The translations under genes were made by a program, and so were the position numbers. From NCBI GenBank assembly GCA_030704615.1, contig CM060734.1, positions 9,486,001 through 9,550,000 of the forward strand: 64,000 nt of DNA. The letters are read 5' to 3'. Source of the DNA: Takakia lepidozioides. Its lineage: Eukaryota; Plantae; Bryophyta. Shown here piece after piece: positions 63,601 through 64,000 of this stretch. Within the stretch, counting starts at the first letter, position 1. Each line of letters starts with the position of its first letter. The notes beneath the pieces were generated by a model, which made no database searches, was not told the DNA's origin, and saw nothing but the letters and a program-made list of their open reading frames with translations.

Positions 63601-64000
63601 GCCGAGGCTTGAGGAGCTGATGTAAATGAGGTTGCATGATGAGCGTCCTCCGCAACATGGCACTCCACCAAAGCTCTCTCATTATCAACATTGATGTCAA
63701 GAACAACTTCCCTTTCTAGTTCATCGAAAATATTGGGCTCCATGACATAAAAAACTTGTGGAACAACTCCTGTGTAAAAACAATGCAAACAAAGAATCCA
63801 AAAGGTATTTAATAATTGTGCACAACTCATATATTTATAAAAGTTTGGAATGGTATATGGCTGGCCAAAACGAAAGTGTGGGGAGAGACACCGCACTGCT
63901 CAATTTATTATTTCATATTGAGCTGAATGTTACATACATGGCCTACATTTAGATCTACGTTATTTTTTTTATCTAGTACATGTACATTTACATTTTCAAA
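60679..64000 (-). mobile_element. hAT DNA transposon (other end outside the window)
   Basis: Terminus TAGTGTTGGGCGGTT at 60679, clustered CCGGTT/CGGTT subterminal repeats at 60690-60890, and a transposase ORF. Confidence 0.9.
61401..63896 (-). CDS. hAT transposase, uninterrupted ORF (true start probably ~63743 MEPNIF or an upstream exon)
   Basis: BED-like finger (W..Y..CVLC..H...H), SFDLW, KDEG, CFGH, TRF, LDP, PLKWWK and ERVFS (hATC dimerisation). The DDE triad is present. Confidence 0.93.
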   Translation of the reverse strand: MRCLSPHFRFGQPYTIPNFYKYMSCAQLLNTFWILCLHCFYTGVVPQVFYVMEPNIFDELEREVVLDINVDNERALVECHVAEDAHHATSFTSAPQASATMSSSTVLPSHTVLDVEAQLPVLEKQRDFWKPHNRTASTWAFYATKDYAPVDITNPQQMRCVLCHHVGVTPASKKGIVTYNKTNGISALRKHVDQEHDIVLRRWIERENEGPEKACRPAKKRPGPTPGNIASFFGSSTLYNQNDDQQKQFNEDLVLFIAKELVPLSLVESPWLRRMVLRQNPRIVFPSRRTFVNEAIPILAEKTKERYMSPSLQSCATCSVSFDLWMSRGGTDTFVIIAHFINEQWEQCHVTLGMFETPDTSGAAMAHQVNNLLVKYGLNTRIIAYVKDEGGDLATLTNALNSVVSCACLGLDSPFVGSCFGHAMSKCCQYATNDAKVCADVRSVSIKNAQSELQKTITWTKKSGKGRQEWTKACVDSGIHPHKLKTPVKTRFASKVILFQETLEFRQAIITCYSRQTSLALQSRIPSPQVWAIAQSISTVLGPVVHECIMNQSGGFWLLSDALNAAIATTIRMRGSRAPRAATVDHCMGDFSTELILLEWRMAREVVYVLEPFLSFLEGFQSRKAHNMLALMLDPHYKGLSLVSQYVGKERVLHIVSQYDSMVLEHLLVKCFKVLHPDTPAQSQPTSTMDEMSLFGVHDHNEDMTIVREQLSHFRRTKIIEGECVAPLKWWKEHESLFPYVGFLVRLILGIVGSQIEAERVFSIAGVITSLRRCRLNIENLDMLVSVVKNWPNDARVGCFSTSMKEFLDREEVILDENEDLIAEANLFEVE

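Overview
Eukaryotic plant nuclear DNA, probably a bryophyte or other seed-free plant (inferred from the TE families, not proven). About 70% of the window is transposon debris. Host genes: an intact, intronless nucleotide-sugar/phosphate translocator (17757-18680 +); an intact zinc-ribbon protein (20378-20764 +); and a multi-exon but frameshifted tandem GST-N/thioredoxin-fold gene (~9.5-13 kb -). Mobile DNA: a Harbinger transposase remnant; Ty3/gypsy gag and integrase fragments; CACTA transposase and TnpA-like pieces; a SWIM-domain fragment; a young full-length Ty3/gypsy chromovirus (51873-58834, TSD TTAGT, with its empty site in an adjacent duplicate) plus two truncated siblings; and an apparently intact hAT transposase (61401-63896 -). 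The most notable element is a broken non-LTR retrotransposon (~30.0-36.6 kb -). Its polyprotein reads APE endonuclease - RT - HP1-like chromodomain - PCIF1/CAPAM-like N6-adenine methyltransferase-fold domain, i.e. a Dualen/RandI-like LINE carrying a candidate chromatin reader plus methyl writer. It lies within a 14.5-kb TE mosaic bounded by a 41/54-bp direct duplication. All family assignments come from motif recognition by eye; no searches were run.
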